Assembly: GCA_023247275.1 (NCBI GenBank)
Contig: JAHFGT010000006.1
Span: forward strand, 1 to 51,808
DNA length: 51,808 nucleotides
Direction: 5' to 3'
Source: Candidatus Omnitrophota bacterium
Lineage (GTDB): Bacteria > Omnitrophota > Gorgyraeia > Aquiviventales > Aquiviventaceae
The notes under the pieces are model-generated. The model was given only the letters and a program-made list of their open reading frames with translations. It searched no databases and was not told where the DNA came from. The translations under genes were made by a program, and so were the position numbers. This document shows positions 51,580-51,808 of the stretch, piece by piece; position 1 is the stretch's first letter, and every line of letters starts with the position of its first letter.

Positions 51580-51808
51580 GTCCACCGGCCGGCTCATCCT
51601 TGTTGCAACGCCCATCGGCAACCTGGGCGATGTCAGCGCGCGCGCCATCGAGACGCTAAAGTCTGCGCATCTGATTGCGTGCGAAGATACACGCCAGACC
51701 GCAAAATTGCTGCAACGGTATGCTATTCGCGCGCCGCTGGGCAGCCTCCATGACCACAACGAACGGCAGCGCACGCCGGAGATTCTGAGGCGGCTGGCGG
51801 CTGGCGAG
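51572..51808 (+). CDS. rsmI: 16S rRNA (cytidine1402-2'-O)-methyltransferase, 3' end runs off the window
   Basis: Missing from the ORF track. Manual translation from TTG 51572: [47 protein letters not shown]. Confidence 0.9.
   Translation, partial: [79 protein letters not shown]

Noticed and set aside
50760-51808. Tn7 insertion at attTn7
   Set aside because: No tns genes, Tn7 end repeats or 5-bp target duplication seen

Overview
GC-rich bacterial chromosome window spanning the replication origin. All genes left of rpmH are on the minus strand and all genes from dnaA onward are on the plus strand. Gene content suggests the PVC superphylum, possibly Omnitrophota, but this is inference. From left to right: (1) a coupled operon DUF4912-GH57-glgA-pfkB-transglutaminase-ABC ATPase-permease-secreted HExxH protein; (2) a sulfur-assimilation and sulfur-relay cluster (cysC, cysH, 6S RNA, rarA, sat, JAMM protease, two atypical TusA proteins, cysK, ThrC-like enzyme, a ubiquitin-like carrier with a capped GG, MoeB, NIL protein); (3) thrS-infC-rpmI-rplT-APC/USP-pheS-pheT with three tRNAs; (4) coaB, coaC, rpoZ, gmk, remA, yicC, ndk, parAB, yidC, yidD, rnpA, rpmH; (5) dnaA-oriC-dnaN-dciA-gyrB-gyrA, with a LAGLIDADG intein right after the GyrA catalytic Tyr; (6) tRNA-Glu followed by an antisense copy and a duplicate of its 3' end; (7) nagA-glmS, then an AbrB/VapC toxin-antitoxin pair between two 82-bp copies of the glmS 3' end, the second of which carries the start of rsmI. 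The most notable items are the glmS-end TA islet, the capped ubiquitin-like sulfur relay, the GyrA intein and the tRNA-Glu cassette. All calls come from motif recognition by eye; no searches were run.
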